In this document: one piece after another, positions 1 to 12,649 of the stretch
Position numbering within the stretch: position 1 is the first letter of the stretch
Layout of the letters: every line of letters starts with the position of its first letter
DNA from: Octopus vulgaris
Taxonomy: Eukaryota
Length of the DNA stretch: 64,000 bases
Reading direction: 5' to 3'
Assembly: GCA_951406725.2 (NCBI GenBank)
Contig: OX597815.1
Span: 48,794,001-48,858,000, forward strand
The notes under the pieces: model-generated
What the model was told of the DNA's origin: nothing
The model's database searches: none
Seen by the model: only the letters and a program-made list of their open reading frames with translations
Made by a program: the position numbers and the translations under genes

Positions 1-54
1 GTTGTTAATTCTACCTGCTTGCTGACTTATATCATATCATATCTAGTCACTGAG

Positions 55-301
55 TACTCTCTCTTTACTCTTTACTCTTTTACTCTTTTACTTGTTTCAG
101 TCATTTGACTGCAGCCATGCTGCAGCACCGCCTTTAGTCAAGCAAATCGACCCCAGGTCTTATTCTTTGTAAGCCTAGTACTTATTCTATCGGTCTCTTT
201 TGCCAAACCGCTAAGTTACGGGGATGTAAACACACCAGCTTCAGTTGTCAGATGTTGGGGGGACAAACACAGACACACAAACATATACAAACACATACTT
301 A

Positions 302-343
<42 letters not shown>

Positions 344-475
344 TACGACGGGCTTCTTTCAGTTTCCGTCAGCCAAATCCACTCACAAGGCTTTGGTTGG
401 CCCAAGGCTATAGCAGAAGACACTTGCCCATGTGGTTGGTAAGAAGCTACTTACCACACAGCCACTCCTATGCCT
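55..475 (-). mobile_element. tRNA-derived SINE family A with internal (TA)n; B-box region deleted
   Basis: Reverse strand has head aggcataggagtggctgtgtggtaag, body gccttgtgagtggatttg...aagaagcccgtcg, tail gactgaaacaagtaaaagagtaaaagag. Matches copies at 32122, 42577 and 47868. Confidence 0.9.
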
Positions 476-672
476 AGGAGATCACTTGGCTATAATATTC
501 TTGTCTTATTGACAGCTGACCTGGAACTAGACAACAACAACAATAACAATAGCAACAACGATTGCAGCAGCGACAACCACAGTTATAACAATGAACAGGT
601 GAAGCTAAAACACAGGTGTTATGAGTTTATAAAATGCTCTTGCATTTTCAAGGTATTCAACTCACTTTATGT

Positions 673-976
673 TTTTGCTTGTTCCTTCTTGAGCCACGCC
701 TGGCTCATAAGGGCTGGTTTTCCAGTTTCTTTGGTGAATAGGTTCCCCACCTGGACAGGACGCCAATCCGTCACAGGTGAGCTGCAAGATGCAGGAGGAA
801 AGAGCGAGAGAAAGCTGTAGCAAAAGAGTCAGCAGAAGTTCACCATTTCCTTCTGCTGGAGCTGTGTGGAGCTTAGGTGTTTCGCTCATAAACACACACA
901 TCACCCGGTCTGAGATTCGAATCTGCGATCCCTCGACTGCAAGCCCACTGCTCTAACCACTAGGCCATGTGCCTCA
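673..976 (-). mobile_element. tRNA-derived SINE (body 1 + tail X) with 15-bp TSD
   Basis: A box tggcctagtggttag and B-box-like gattcgaatct on the minus strand. TSD caactcactttatgt at 658-672 and 977-991. Confidence 0.88.
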
Positions 977-994
977 CAACTCACTTTATGTGAC

Positions 995-1525
995 GGTGTA
1001 TGACCTAATGGTTAAGGTGTTGCACTCTCAATCAGAAGATTGAAATTTCAATTCTCAAACTGGGCAGTGTATTGTGTTCATGAGCAAAACATTTCATCTC
1101 ATGCTGCCCTGCAATCACTTCGATGTCTGACATGTGGGACTGATTGCACCTGTAAGGGCAAAGGTGATTTGATGGAGGAAATGAACTAATGTACAGCAAA
1201 AATATTTGATCACTATATAAAAAAATCATCTGAGCAGGTTGTTCAGTTTGAGGCAGCGAGCTGGCAGAAACGTTAGCATGCTGGGCGAAATGCTTAGTGT
1301 TATTTCGTCTGTCTTTACGTTCTGGGTTCAAATTCCACCGAGGTCAACTTTGCCTTTCATCCTTTCAGGGTCATTAAATTAAGTATCAGTTATGCACTGG
1401 GGTCAATGTAATCGACTTAATCCCTTTGTCTGTCCTTGTTTTCCCCCTCTATGTTTAGCCCCTTGTGGGTAATAAAGAAATAAGAAGCTGAGCCCTCATC
1501 TGTTATTTATGATAGGAGAATCCAC
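995..1525 (+). mobile_element. Old degenerate tRNA-derived SINE interrupted by a SINE B copy
   Basis: A-box-like tgacctaatggttaag, then ttgtgttcatgagcaaaacatttcat resembling body 2. Sequence resumes after 1484. Confidence 0.55.
1252..1484 (+). mobile_element. SINE family B (tRNA head, Meta-like domain, tail T1)
   Basis: ggcagcgagctggcagaaacgttagc...gggttcaaattccaccgaggtcaactttgcctttcatcctttc...gccccttgtgggtaataaagaaata. Confidence 0.9.
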
Positions 1526-2179
1526 CTTTCAGCTCAAATACAGCCATGAGTCAGCTACGTACCATCCTGTGATGGGCTTTTTATAAGCCAGGTAGAATTA
1601 GGAGGGCAATAGAGGATAAAGTAGGAATTGGTGGGAGGAGAATAAAGCAACAACAGAGTGTTGGTGATAGGAGAAAAAGAGAAAAAAAAAATGCCCCCAG
1701 CACTTCAGGCTGTATTTTATCAACCTCACAACATGGGCAGCTGTGACTTTCATCAAATTCCAATGATAAAATTAGGTCAGCATAAATAAATACTGATGAA
1801 CATTGATGTCCCAAAAATACTAGCAAACAAGGCTTACAAAAAAATTAAATAAAGTGAAATTAAAAAAATTTAAATTCTTCAAAAAATTAACCATTATTTA
1901 TTTATTTATTTACATCTTTTGACAAATAAATAAATTCAGAACTTGATTGTTATATCTAGAAGCAATTTAAATGGACCTATTTTTTAAAATTATCTAAAGG
2001 TTCTTTTTAAATTGTATATATAAATTTAAAATAAAAGAAAATTTTTAAGACACTTTTTTTAATTCTTTTCTTTCTTTAGAGTTTTATTTTTCAGTATTTT
2101 TTTAAACTTTGAAACTTACATTGAGATTCTTGTAATCAAATGAAGTGAATTTAATTAAATACTTAAATCTAAGATAAAA

Positions 2180-2442
2180 AGGTATGTATATGTGTATGTA
2201 GGTATGTACACACACACACACACACATATGTATGCACACACACACACACATGTATATGCTTACATTCAAATGACACACACACACATACATATGTGTGTGT
2301 GTATACACCCACACAAAAAGAATATATACTCATATGTTTGGATATTATTTGTATTCACTTATATTCCACTGTCCAATCAGTACACACACACATACACAAT
2401 GTATATATATAAAATCTGTATATGTATATAATATATACATAC

Positions 2443-2475
<33 letters not shown>

Positions 2476-2838
2476 ATATATATGAATACACAAACACACA
2501 TGCCCACATATATACACACACACATGTATATATATGTATATATGTATATATATATATACATATATATATACACATGTATGTATGTATATATACACTCACA
2601 CACATATAATGCATTTGTATATATGCATATCCACCTATATAGGTATATCCATACGTGCACACAGATATACATATACGGTCATTCACTTATACAACACACA
2701 ATTTCATGGTATGTAAAACATTTTGCTTCAGGTAGGAAGTGATTAAATGTAAACATTTCTCTTGTTGGACAATTTTCACTGGAATGTAGTATTTTCTATT
2801 ATTCATCATGAGTAAGGCTACATGTATACACTCATTCA

Positions 2839-2907
<69 letters not shown>

Positions 2908-2908
2908 G

Positions 2909-2959
<51 letters not shown>

Positions 2960-2964
2960 ATATG

Positions 2965-3010
<46 letters not shown>

Positions 3011-3385
3011 TATATGTATATATATATATAGATATATGTGTATATATATGTATATGTTTATATATATGTATATATGCATATATATGTGTATATATATATG
3101 TATATATATGTGTATATATATGTGTATATATATGTCTATATATATGTATATGTATATATATATATGTATATGTATATATATGTATGTATATGTATATATA
3201 TATTTATATACACATATATATACCTATATATACATACATATATATATATATATATACCCACATATATATGTATACATATATATATACATATGATATATAT
3301 ACACATACATAGATTTATATGTATGTGTGTATATATATTTACATATCTTGTCATCTCCATTTATGTAAATAACCATGCATATGTA

Positions 3386-3417
<32 letters not shown>

Positions 3418-3440
3418 CATACACACACACACATAAATCT
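2180..3440. repeat. Compound (TA)n/(CA)n/(TATG)n microsatellite field
   Basis: Directly visible; source of the YI/HT/CV ORFs. Confidence 0.95.
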
Positions 3441-3594
3441 CAATCTAAATATGTGTGTGTGTGTGGGACACATACTTAAATTATCTGCTTACAGTAAAAC
3501 ACTTCTACTGAAAGTCTCAAAACTGCTAAATCCTAATGCGTGAACAGACGTATATATATATATCTTAACAGAAATTCACAGAGAAACTTTAATG

Positions 3595-3644
<50 letters not shown>

Positions 3645-4061
3645 CACACATGCACACACGCACACATGCATGACACACATTTTCTATTTCCATGTGTGCA
3701 TGTGAATGAGTGATGTATATCTAAACGTTCACTGAAAGGGTTAGATTTCAACTCTGTTGCTAATTAAACATTGAAATCTCACGAGAGTTCACAAATGGTA
3801 TCACAAGAATTTTTCACAGACATTCAGAAATGTTTAAATTTTACAAGGCAACTGAAACCAAAGCAGAAGAAATTAAAGTTTGTTCGTAGCAGATCAGTGC
3901 TTTTTGTGCTTGCTTTACCTGCAAAAGCATAAAGGCCAAATCTTCCCCAAATCACATCCTATACCCAACATGTAGCAAGGAGATAAAAGAGAATGCAGGC
4001 ATATGTTCCCATAAAAAAGGACAAGGTGATCTTGGTTCGTTAACTTTGATTATATCTTCTT

Positions 4062-4275
4062 TCTTCTTTTACCTGCTTCAGTCATTAGACTGTGGCAATG
4101 CTGGGGCACCACCTTGAAGGATTTTTGTAAATGAAATCAAATACTCTAGTACTTCTTTTTCTTTTTAAGCCTGGAATTTACTGTCAGTCACTTTTGCCAA
4201 ACAGCTAAGTTACTATGTCATAAACAAACCAACGCTGTTTGTCAAGTGGTGGTAGAGGATAAACACAAATACAAT
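4062..4275 (-). mobile_element. SINE A 3' half (older, diverged)
   Basis: ttcagtcattagactgtggcaatgctggggcaccacc...ttttgccaaacagctaagttac. Confidence 0.7.
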
Positions 4276-4333
4276 ACGCTCACATCATTATCACCACCAC
4301 CATCACTACCACCACCACCATCACCACCACCAC

Positions 4334-4565
4334 CTATTTCTTTACTACCCACACGGGGCAAAACACAAAGAGGACAAACAAGGACAGACAAACGGATTAA
4401 GTCGATTATATCGACCCCAGTGCGTAACTGGTACTTAATTAATCGACCCCGAAAGGATGAAAGGCAAAGTCGACCTCGGCGAAATTTGAACTCAGAATGT
4501 AACGGCAGGCGAAATACCGCTAAGCATTTCGCCTGGCATGCTAACGTCTCTGCCAGCTCGCCGCC
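4334..4565 (-). mobile_element. SINE family B (tail T1), young copy inserted in (CAC)n
   Basis: Near-consensus copy with CpGs retained; flanked by caccac repeats. Confidence 0.9.
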
Positions 4566-4600
4566 AAAATCACCACCAACCACCACCACCAACCACCACC

Positions 4601-4619
<19 letters not shown>

Positions 4620-4646
<27 letters not shown>

Positions 4647-4985
4647 ACATTGTCATAATTTAACGTCCACTTTCCACGCTGGCATGGGTTAGATGGTTTG
4701 ACCAGCACTGGTAAGTTAGAGAGCTGCACCAAGTTCCAGTCTGATTTGGGATAGTTTCTATGGCTGGACACCCTTCCTAATGCCAACCACTCCAAGAGTG
4801 TAGTTGATGCTTTTATGTGTCACAGGCATGGGTGCCTTGCATGTGCAACCACCATGAATGCTTTTTATGTGTGACCATCATAGGTGCCTTTTATGTGTCA
4901 CCGACACTGGTCATGACTATGATTTCACTTGGCTTGACGTGTCTTCTCAAGTACAGCAAATTGCCAAGGGTCTCAATCAATTGTC
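4620..4985 (-). mobile_element. Non-autonomous retroposon with RTE-like 3' tail ending ggacgttaaa..(GAT)n
   Basis: Minus strand reads ggttggcattaggaagggtgtccagccatagaaac...cccatgccagcgtggaaagtggacgttaaa then (tga)n. Related copy at 9270-9470. Confidence 0.6.
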
Positions 4986-5075
4986 AGCATCAAACAAACA
5001 CTGGAAAATTTGAACTCAGAATCCCTGAGAATTAGAAGAAATCTGACAGCACCTTTTTCCCAATGTTCTAATACA

Positions 5076-5122
<47 letters not shown>

Positions 5123-5135
5123 CCACACATATATA

Positions 5136-5412
5136 CAGGGTGCAATGGGTAAATTGGCACCATTTTATATTTTTAATTTCGCGCATGCACATTGTTTGTT
5201 TTTGATTTTGTTGATTACACAGTATAGTAGGGTCAATTGGGCACTGTCTGTGAGAAAAACAACACCATGACGCAATCCACTCTGCCAGAAATTTGAAACG
5301 ACATGCTGTACTGCTTGGCATTTGTGCTGGAAGCTCCAATACGAACATTTCAGTATTTAGGTGTCAATCTGAGGAGAGTGCAGAGAATTCGGAAAGAGTT
5401 GGATGAGTCTAA
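5136..5412 (+). mobile_element. Tc1/mariner superfamily (DD37D/maT-like) 5' fragment
   Basis: TA followed by a CAGGGTG terminus. Disrupted N-terminal HTH-like remnant ...[19 protein letters not shown], truncated by (TA)n. Confidence 0.55.
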
Positions 5413-5444
5413 TATATGTATATGTATATATGTATATATATATG

Positions 5445-5484
<40 letters not shown>

Positions 5485-5540
5485 TACATACATATATATA
5501 TCTATATCTATCTATCTATCTATCTCTCTATATATATATA

Positions 5541-5692
5541 TGACTGGTTTCCTGACAGTTCCATGCACAAAATTCACTCACAAGCATTGGTTGACCAATG
5601 GAAGGCACTTGTCCAAAGTGTCATGCAGTGGACTTGAACCTGAAACCACGTAGTTGCAAAGCAAGCTTCTTAACCACGTAGCCATACCTGCT
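5541..5692 (-). mobile_element. SINE A 5' half, diverged
   Basis: aaattcactcacaag...cacttgtccaaagtgtcatgcagtggacttgaacc...cttaaccacgtagcca. Confidence 0.7.
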
Positions 5693-5771
5693 TAATATCA
5701 ATAATTACAGTGCCAACTTTATCGTTTTTATTCATGTTAGATAATTACTTAATGTATGTTGATGCCTCATT

Positions 5772-5930
5772 CTAGGTCAATTATTTATCCAATTAACCTG
5801 CAATCAAAATGTTCCAGCCATAACAATGCTTTCTTTGCTTGGAGCGAACTATATCTATATTATCAAATGTGTCCTTCCTTTTATTAGAAGGTCACTATAT
5901 CTGAGAAAAGATTTGACTGCTATATCTAGT
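5772..5930 (-). repeat. Degenerate interspersed repeat (related fragments near 3930, 8055, 22490, 55240, 61900)
   Basis: Recurrent motif (ctag)aaa(t)agcagccaaatctccc on one or other strand. Confidence 0.4.
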
Positions 5931-6103
5931 TTATGATGTAACAGTAAAGTGGATTGATGTAAAATTTTATTGTAAGATTTATTGGTGTAACATAGTATTG
6001 TGGTGTCAATAGATTGCATAGAGCTGTGTTGTTAAAGGGGATTAGTAAAACAGATGAGTGTAATGGTATAGTGGTGTAGTGAGTGTGTGTGTGTGTCTGA
6101 CTG

Positions 6104-6180
<77 letters not shown>

Positions 6181-6497
6181 TTACCTATCTATCTTTCTAA
6201 TGCTCTGTGTGTGTGCGTGTTTATATATATATGTATGCATGTATGTATGTAGGTATGTATACACAAAGTCCTACTCATATATATATACACACAGACACAG
6301 ACAGGCAGACACACACACATATATATATACACACATACACATATAGACATCAACTGACCATGCATGTGTGGTGACACCAGGAGTAGGACTTTGTATATAC
6401 ATACATACATACCTACATACATACAAGCATACATATATATATATATATAAACACACACACAGAGCATTAGAAAGATAGATAGATAAATAGATGTATA

Positions 6498-6533
<36 letters not shown>

Positions 6534-6610
6534 TGTATGTATACACAAAGCCCAACTTATGGTGTCACCGCGCACACATGGTCAGTCAATGTATATATGT
6601 GTGTGTGTGT
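6104..6610. repeat. Local inverted duplication/triplication of a microsatellite-rich unit
   Basis: 6187-6277 is the reverse complement of 6382-6480. 6540-6600 is a diverged reverse complement of 6340-6400. Confidence 0.75.
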
Positions 6611-7299
6611 ATGATGTATGCATGTATATGTAATTCTATGGTATGCAGCTATGTAATGCCTCAGGGAGTTTTAAACACGACTGTCCTTGCATAGTTAAGC
6701 CAATGAGCTTCAAGTATAGCTCTCATTTGAGCCAAGACCGAAAGGTATAAAATGAAAACTGGTGAAAGAAACCATGTTCTGTGGCAACATAAAAGACAAA
6801 TGTAATATTGGAATCTCCGGCATTTTTCAGCCTAGTATTGCAAGGCCTACAACGCACATGCCATAGCATATTCTGCCAGAGGGACACAGTTTCATCTCCC
6901 TGAGAGAGCATCATAGCTATGCACAAAAGCTTGTTTTAAAAAAAATGTTTCAAAGCAGTGGTTATAATCCAGCACACCCATACATTCAAAAGAGATGCCT
7001 GGAGGTTTGAATAACTATGAAGGCACTTGTGAGTGTTAGTTATCAATAACAGTAGATATGTATAATTGCATAAATTAATTAATGATCAAAAATGTATACC
7101 ACCTCACCACACACATGTGTATCTACGTATGTAGCTATGTTTGTGTGTGTGTGTGTGTGCGTGTGTGTGCGTGTGCGTGCCTGTGTCTATGTGTGTATAC
7201 ATACATCACAGGAAAAATTTGTAACATTACCAGCGGGATTTGAACATGTTACATCTACTGTAGGTCATATTGCTGTAGTAACCTCAACACAAACACATT

Positions 7300-7400
7300 T
7301 ATGTGTGTGTATGTGTGTGTATACATACATACATGCATGTATACACACACACATGTATATATATTTATACATATATATACATATAATATATATATATATG

Positions 7401-7466
<66 letters not shown>

Positions 7467-7632
7467 TACATATACATATATGTATATATACACACATATA
7501 TGTATATATATATATATAACATATATATATATATATACACATACATGTACTATATATATACATATATATATGTATACATGCACACACACATACACACACA
7601 AATACATATATATATATATATATATATATAAA
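7300..7632. repeat. (TA)n-rich microsatellite
   Basis: Directly visible. Confidence 0.95.
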
Positions 7633-8359
7633 TGTGCACGTGCGTGAGTGTGTATATGTTTGTGTACATATGTGTTATGTTTGTAAAATATAAAACATAC
7701 ACAAAGAATCACCACCACCACCAAAAATAACAATAATCAAACAAAAAAGAGACAAAAACAAATAAGAGGTAGATAGATATTGAACCCACGTCCAAATGAT
7801 ATCTTATAAGTTTTATTACCTAATAAGTGAATTATGCATCGACAAAAGGGACTCCACTTTACTCTAGTGGAACATGAAGCTATTTTTCTTTTAGTTTATT
7901 TTATCTATTTTTATTCTATTTATGTATTTATCATGAATTCTCCTTACAAGAATTGTTGAGGATGGCATCCTTGTGGGAGCATGTTTTTATCACTAAAAAA
8001 TACCCCCTTCTTAGCATTAAACACTTATCAAGCTATTGCATGGATGATCTACTCACTAGAAAAGGTAGCCAAATCTCCCTTAAACCCCACCCACCCACTC
8101 ACATATACACACACATATATACATAAAAACAAAAACATATTCCAAAACGTAATATGATTGAATTAACGCTTCTTGATTTAGGGTGGCAGCAAGCATGGCT
8201 GCGTGGTTATGAAGCTTGGTTCCGAGCCTACATGATTGTAAGTTCAGTCCCACAGCGTGGCACTCTAGGACACCAAAGCCTTGTGAGTGGAGTTACTGTA
8301 GATAGAAACTGACCCCCCCCCCCTACCAAAAAAAAAACTGCTGTGTGTGTGTGTGCCAT

Positions 8360-8545
8360 GATAAATCGTTAGCTACTACAAACATTTTTTCTCTCTTTGT
8401 TTTTTTCTGTGTATCTTTCTGTAGAAGAGCGTAGGCTCGAAACGTAAAAGACTTTTTCTATTCCTGAGCGCTATACTAATACATCTGTTTGTTTGTACAC
8501 CACCTGCCTTCGTCTACTTTTTATTTTCGTAAACTTTCCCTTTAT
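8360..8545 (+). mobile_element. Short Penelope-like (pLTR-type) repeat carrying a hammerhead motif
   Basis: Shares gaagagc..gctcgaaacgt and ttcctgagcg...taata with the copies at 8750, 30918, 32003 and 54620. Confidence 0.55.
8414..8451 (+). ncRNA. Minimal type-I hammerhead ribozyme-like motif
   Basis: TCTTT-CTGTAGA-a-GAGC-gtag-GCTC-GAAAC-GTA-AAAGA. Helix I TCTTT/AAAGA, helix II GAGC/GCTC. One deviation from the CUGANGA core. Confidence 0.55.
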
Positions 8546-8559
8546 ATGTATATATACAT

Positions 8560-8661
8560 AGGTGCAGGAGTGGCTGTGTGGTAAGTAGCTTGCTTACCAA
8601 CCACATGGTTCCGGGTTCAGTCCCACTGCGTGGCACCTTGAGCAAGTGTCTTCTACTATAG
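8560..8661 (+). mobile_element. SINE A head fragment
   Basis: ggtgcaggagtggctgtgtggtaag...gggttcagtcccactgcgtggcacc. Confidence 0.85.
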
Positions 8662-8749
8662 TCCCTTCCACTGTTTGTCTGTCTGTCTGTATGTATGTAT
8701 GTATGTATGTTATATCTATTTATAGTCAATTCGAATAAATGAAAAGTCC

Positions 8750-8925
8750 AAATAAACGAATTTAAAAAAAATGAATAAAAATGAATGTGAAGATGTGCAC
8801 AAGAATATGTATTAGCTTGACGCTCGGTGAAAGGAGCGAGTTTGACGTTTCGAGCATAGCTCTTCGTCGGAAAGAAGAAAGGGAAAAGCCCAAAGATGAA
8901 AAAGAAATCGGCAACAGCACGCATG
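8750..8925 (-). mobile_element. Short Penelope-like repeat with hammerhead motif (8841-8873)
   Basis: Minus strand: TTT-CCGACGA-a-GAGC-tat-GCTC-GAAAC-GTC-AAA. Confidence 0.55.
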
Positions 8926-9224
8926 TATATAATAGTGTATTGCAATCCCAAAACAACTTGTTAGAGGAAGTCACTTAACATCAAACATGTACTCAACTTG
9001 TATAAATGACACAAAAAGGGAAAAAACATATGTGAAAAAGAAAATTTAATAACTGGCGTATGTTACACACTCCGTCCCTCATGAAAATCGATGAAAATTT
9101 TAACAAGTTGACAGCCATCATATAACTCATAGTTTAGCAACGAAAATTGCTAAATATGCAAATATATGTCCATACGTGCATGTGTGCATGTATGTGTTTG
9201 TATCTCTGTGTAAGAGAGAGAGAA

Positions 9225-9268
<44 letters not shown>

Positions 9269-9269
9269 T

Positions 9270-9493
9270 GTGAGTTTGTGTCTCCTTGCCTTGACGTCAC
9301 ATGACAGCTATAAACGAATATCACCATGTTGAATCTGGCCTTGAGGAAATATTGCCTTGCTTAGACAAACAGGTGAGGGTTGGTGATTGGAAAGGCATCT
9401 GGTAGTACAAAATTTGCCTTAACAAATGTCATCGGATACGTGGAACAGTAGACGTTAAAACGACGACAATGATGATGCTGATGATGAAGAGGC

Positions 9494-9528
<35 letters not shown>

Positions 9529-9552
9529 GTGATGATAATGATGATGATGATG

Positions 9553-9583
<31 letters not shown>

Positions 9584-9586
9584 TGG

Positions 9587-9656
<70 letters not shown>

Positions 9657-9657
9657 A
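9270..9657 (+). mobile_element. RTE-tailed non-autonomous retroposon with expanded (GAT)n tail
   Basis: gggttggtgattggaaaggcatctgg...gacgttaaaacgacgac followed by (gat)n at 9470-9657. Confidence 0.55.
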
Positions 9658-9904
9658 TAGAAGGCCAGCAGTTTTGAGGGAAAGGGTGAAAGTCGATTGT
9701 ATTAACCTCAGATTTATATTTCATCAATCTCAAGAGGATGTAAAAACAAAGATGATCACAGTGGGATTTGAACTCAGAGCATAAAGAGCCGAAACAAATA
9801 CCAGGAGGCAATTTTCCCCATGTTCCAATGATCCATCCATCCATCCTTTCATCGATCCTCCCATCCATTTATCCTTTCATCCTTACATTCTTCCAGCTAT
9901 TTAT

Positions 9905-10395
9905 ACATTCACACACACACACACACATACACACACACACACACACACACGAACACGCGCACACACACACACAAACACACATATGCAATCACATATACAT
10001 ACGCACGCACATATGCAACCACACACGCACATGCAGTCACATACACATACATACACACACACACATATGCAATCACACACACACACATGCAATCAGACAC
10101 ACCCAGACACACATATACAATCACACACACACACATACACATTCAATCATACATACACACACACACATATACAATCACACACACACACATACACATTCAA
10201 TCATACATACACACACACATACATATTCACATATTCAATCATACATACGTACACACATACACACACACACATTCAATCACAATATAAGCATGCACATACA
10301 GTTATGTGCATACACAACCTTTACAGCGACACATATAAATATCCGCATGTACATACATATACACACAAACAAATACATAAATACATGGACACACA
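9905..10395. repeat. (CA)n-derived minisatellite-like array (units such as caatcacacacacacacata)
   Basis: Directly visible. Confidence 0.85.
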
Positions 10396-10694
10396 TAAAG
10401 TAGAAATATATATAGAAAATGCAGGGCAACTTCAGTATTGTAAAGAGAGTGTAATACAAAAATACATATTATATGTTACCAACACTACCAGCCTGCCATT
10501 CCACGTTGGTATGTTTCTGTCAAGTTTTCCTGAAAATAATATTTTCCCATTCTTACTGACATTAATTTCATTACAAAATAAACAAAGCATTGCCCCCCAC
10601 CTACCCACCCCTGCATACACACATATGCACACACACACACACACACACACACGCACATGCACACACAAAGATCAGTGCTGGGCATGTGTGACTA

Positions 10695-10758
<64 letters not shown>

Positions 10759-11175
10759 TTGCACTACTACATATTTATACACACACACACTTCTCTCTCA
10801 CACTCTCACTCTCTCTCTCTCTCTATATATATATATACACACACACAATACTTCCATATATACCTATATACATATATACATATACACATTCATATACAAT
10901 CACACACATAAGTACACACACACGCGCGTATATATAAATATAACTTGTAATACATAGGTATATATATATATTCAGTTGCACTACTACATATTTATACACA
11001 CACATACTTCTCTCTCACACTCTCACTCTCTCTCTATATATATATACACACACACAATACTTCCATATATATCTATATACATATATAAATATACACATTC
11101 ATATACAATCACACACATAAGTACACACACACACACACGCGTATATATAAATATAACTTGTATACGTAGGTATAC
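10759..11175. repeat. Tandem duplication of a ~215-bp microsatellite-rich unit
   Basis: ttgcactactacatattt...aatacttccatata...ataagtac...aaatataacttgta occurs at 10759 and at 10976. Confidence 0.85.
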
Positions 11176-11436
11176 ATTCATAAGTAAGTTCGTAGTAGAC
11201 AAGTAATAAAATAAGTAATACAAACAATAAAGTAACACACAAAATATAGAAGAAAAAACACGCCTAGAAACAGACTACTATATTGTAGATATGTATGTGT
11301 GTGTTGTGTGTGTGCGTGTGTGTGTGTGTGTGTGTGTACAGGATATGCAGAAACATGCAAATATGCGAAAATACTCTAAGACATCTTACCTAAATATACA
11401 TACCTGTGTGGGTGAGTATATACGTAAGTTAACTTA

Positions 11437-11469
<33 letters not shown>

Positions 11470-12649
11470 CATATACACATTCATACTTGTATGTATATAC
11501 GTACACACACACACACACACACTTGGATACACATTTAGAAACCTGTGGGTTTCATTGAGAGCTTGAGAGCCGAAACATGGATATATAAATGTATGTGTGC
11601 GTATATATAAATACTCACATATACACACATACAAACACACACACACTCACACCCACATATATATAGACACACATACATTTATCTCTTTATATACATTTAC
11701 ACACATAAGCAGGATAAAAATAAATTTTGGTAAGAATTGCTGCCAACAGAGTGTAGTGTACTGTTGAAGTATATATAATTAGGTATATATACATATGCAT
11801 TAATTACCCCCACACACGCAGACATAGATGTACCTCAAAAGCGGGTATTTACTCATTCACGCAGTCATATGTATTTGTGGGTATGTGTGCGTATTTGTGT
11901 ATGTAAAGACTTTTATGTATAGATACATAAAATAATATAGACATTCATATAGCTACACACACACACACGTGTGTGCATAAGGTTGAGCACTGTGAAGAAT
12001 CAGAGACGAACGTTCAAGTAAAATAGGCAGAAGAGGGCGATAACAAAGAAACGAAGTTTTACGGACGATGCGAGAGAGCGGGAGAATGAAATATCTTGTC
12101 AACACGGAAAGGAACTTAAAATAAAAGCCGGAAACGTGTATAACCGAACAGAAATTACATGACGATAAAATGAGATATATTCAAGCCCCTCTTCAGGACT
12201 AATCTAAAGTTTCTGTTGTTTCTAACCCTTTGTGAGGGACATAATCTGTTTAGTGAGATTCAAAGCTATAGATAGAGACACTCAGGTATAAATATCACAG
12301 AAGAATATATATATGTAACCTGTATAGTACCTTTATAAACAGGGCAAGTTTAGCTGTTTCTCCGTAGATTGAAAAAAAAATGTGGAATAATCTTAATCGA
12401 ATTTTGAACTTTGTTGGATTCGCATCATAGGCGTCTCCATCAGTTTGACCAATCCCAGCGAAATAAGCAGCCAAACTGGTTAAATACTCATGACAATTAC
12501 TATAGCTACAAATTTGTCTACTATATTAACTCTTTATTTTAAATATCAGGGGGCCTGTCAGCGGGCATCTCAGTCTATACAATTTCAAGGTATGATCTAA
12601 TATATGTAACCTATAAAAACAAGATATAAATAGAGAACTGAATCACAGG

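Noticed and set aside
6723-6926. 67-aa non-repetitive ORF (also 31363-31596 and 17864-18109)
   Set aside because: No recognisable homology or splice support; length is within chance expectation, and the 17.9-kb one overlaps possible hAT-like ends.
9455-9868. Poly-Ser/poly-Met ORFs (also poly-Asn/Asp at 35169-35627 and poly-His at 4246-4692)
   Set aside because: Trinucleotide tails of retroposons, not coding repeats.
9983-10957. 324-aa ORF, and the many other YI/HT/CV/LSIY/MYVC-rich ORFs
   Set aside because: They are translations of (CA)n, (TA)n, (CTAT)n and (TATG)n microsatellites that happen to lack stops; no domain content.
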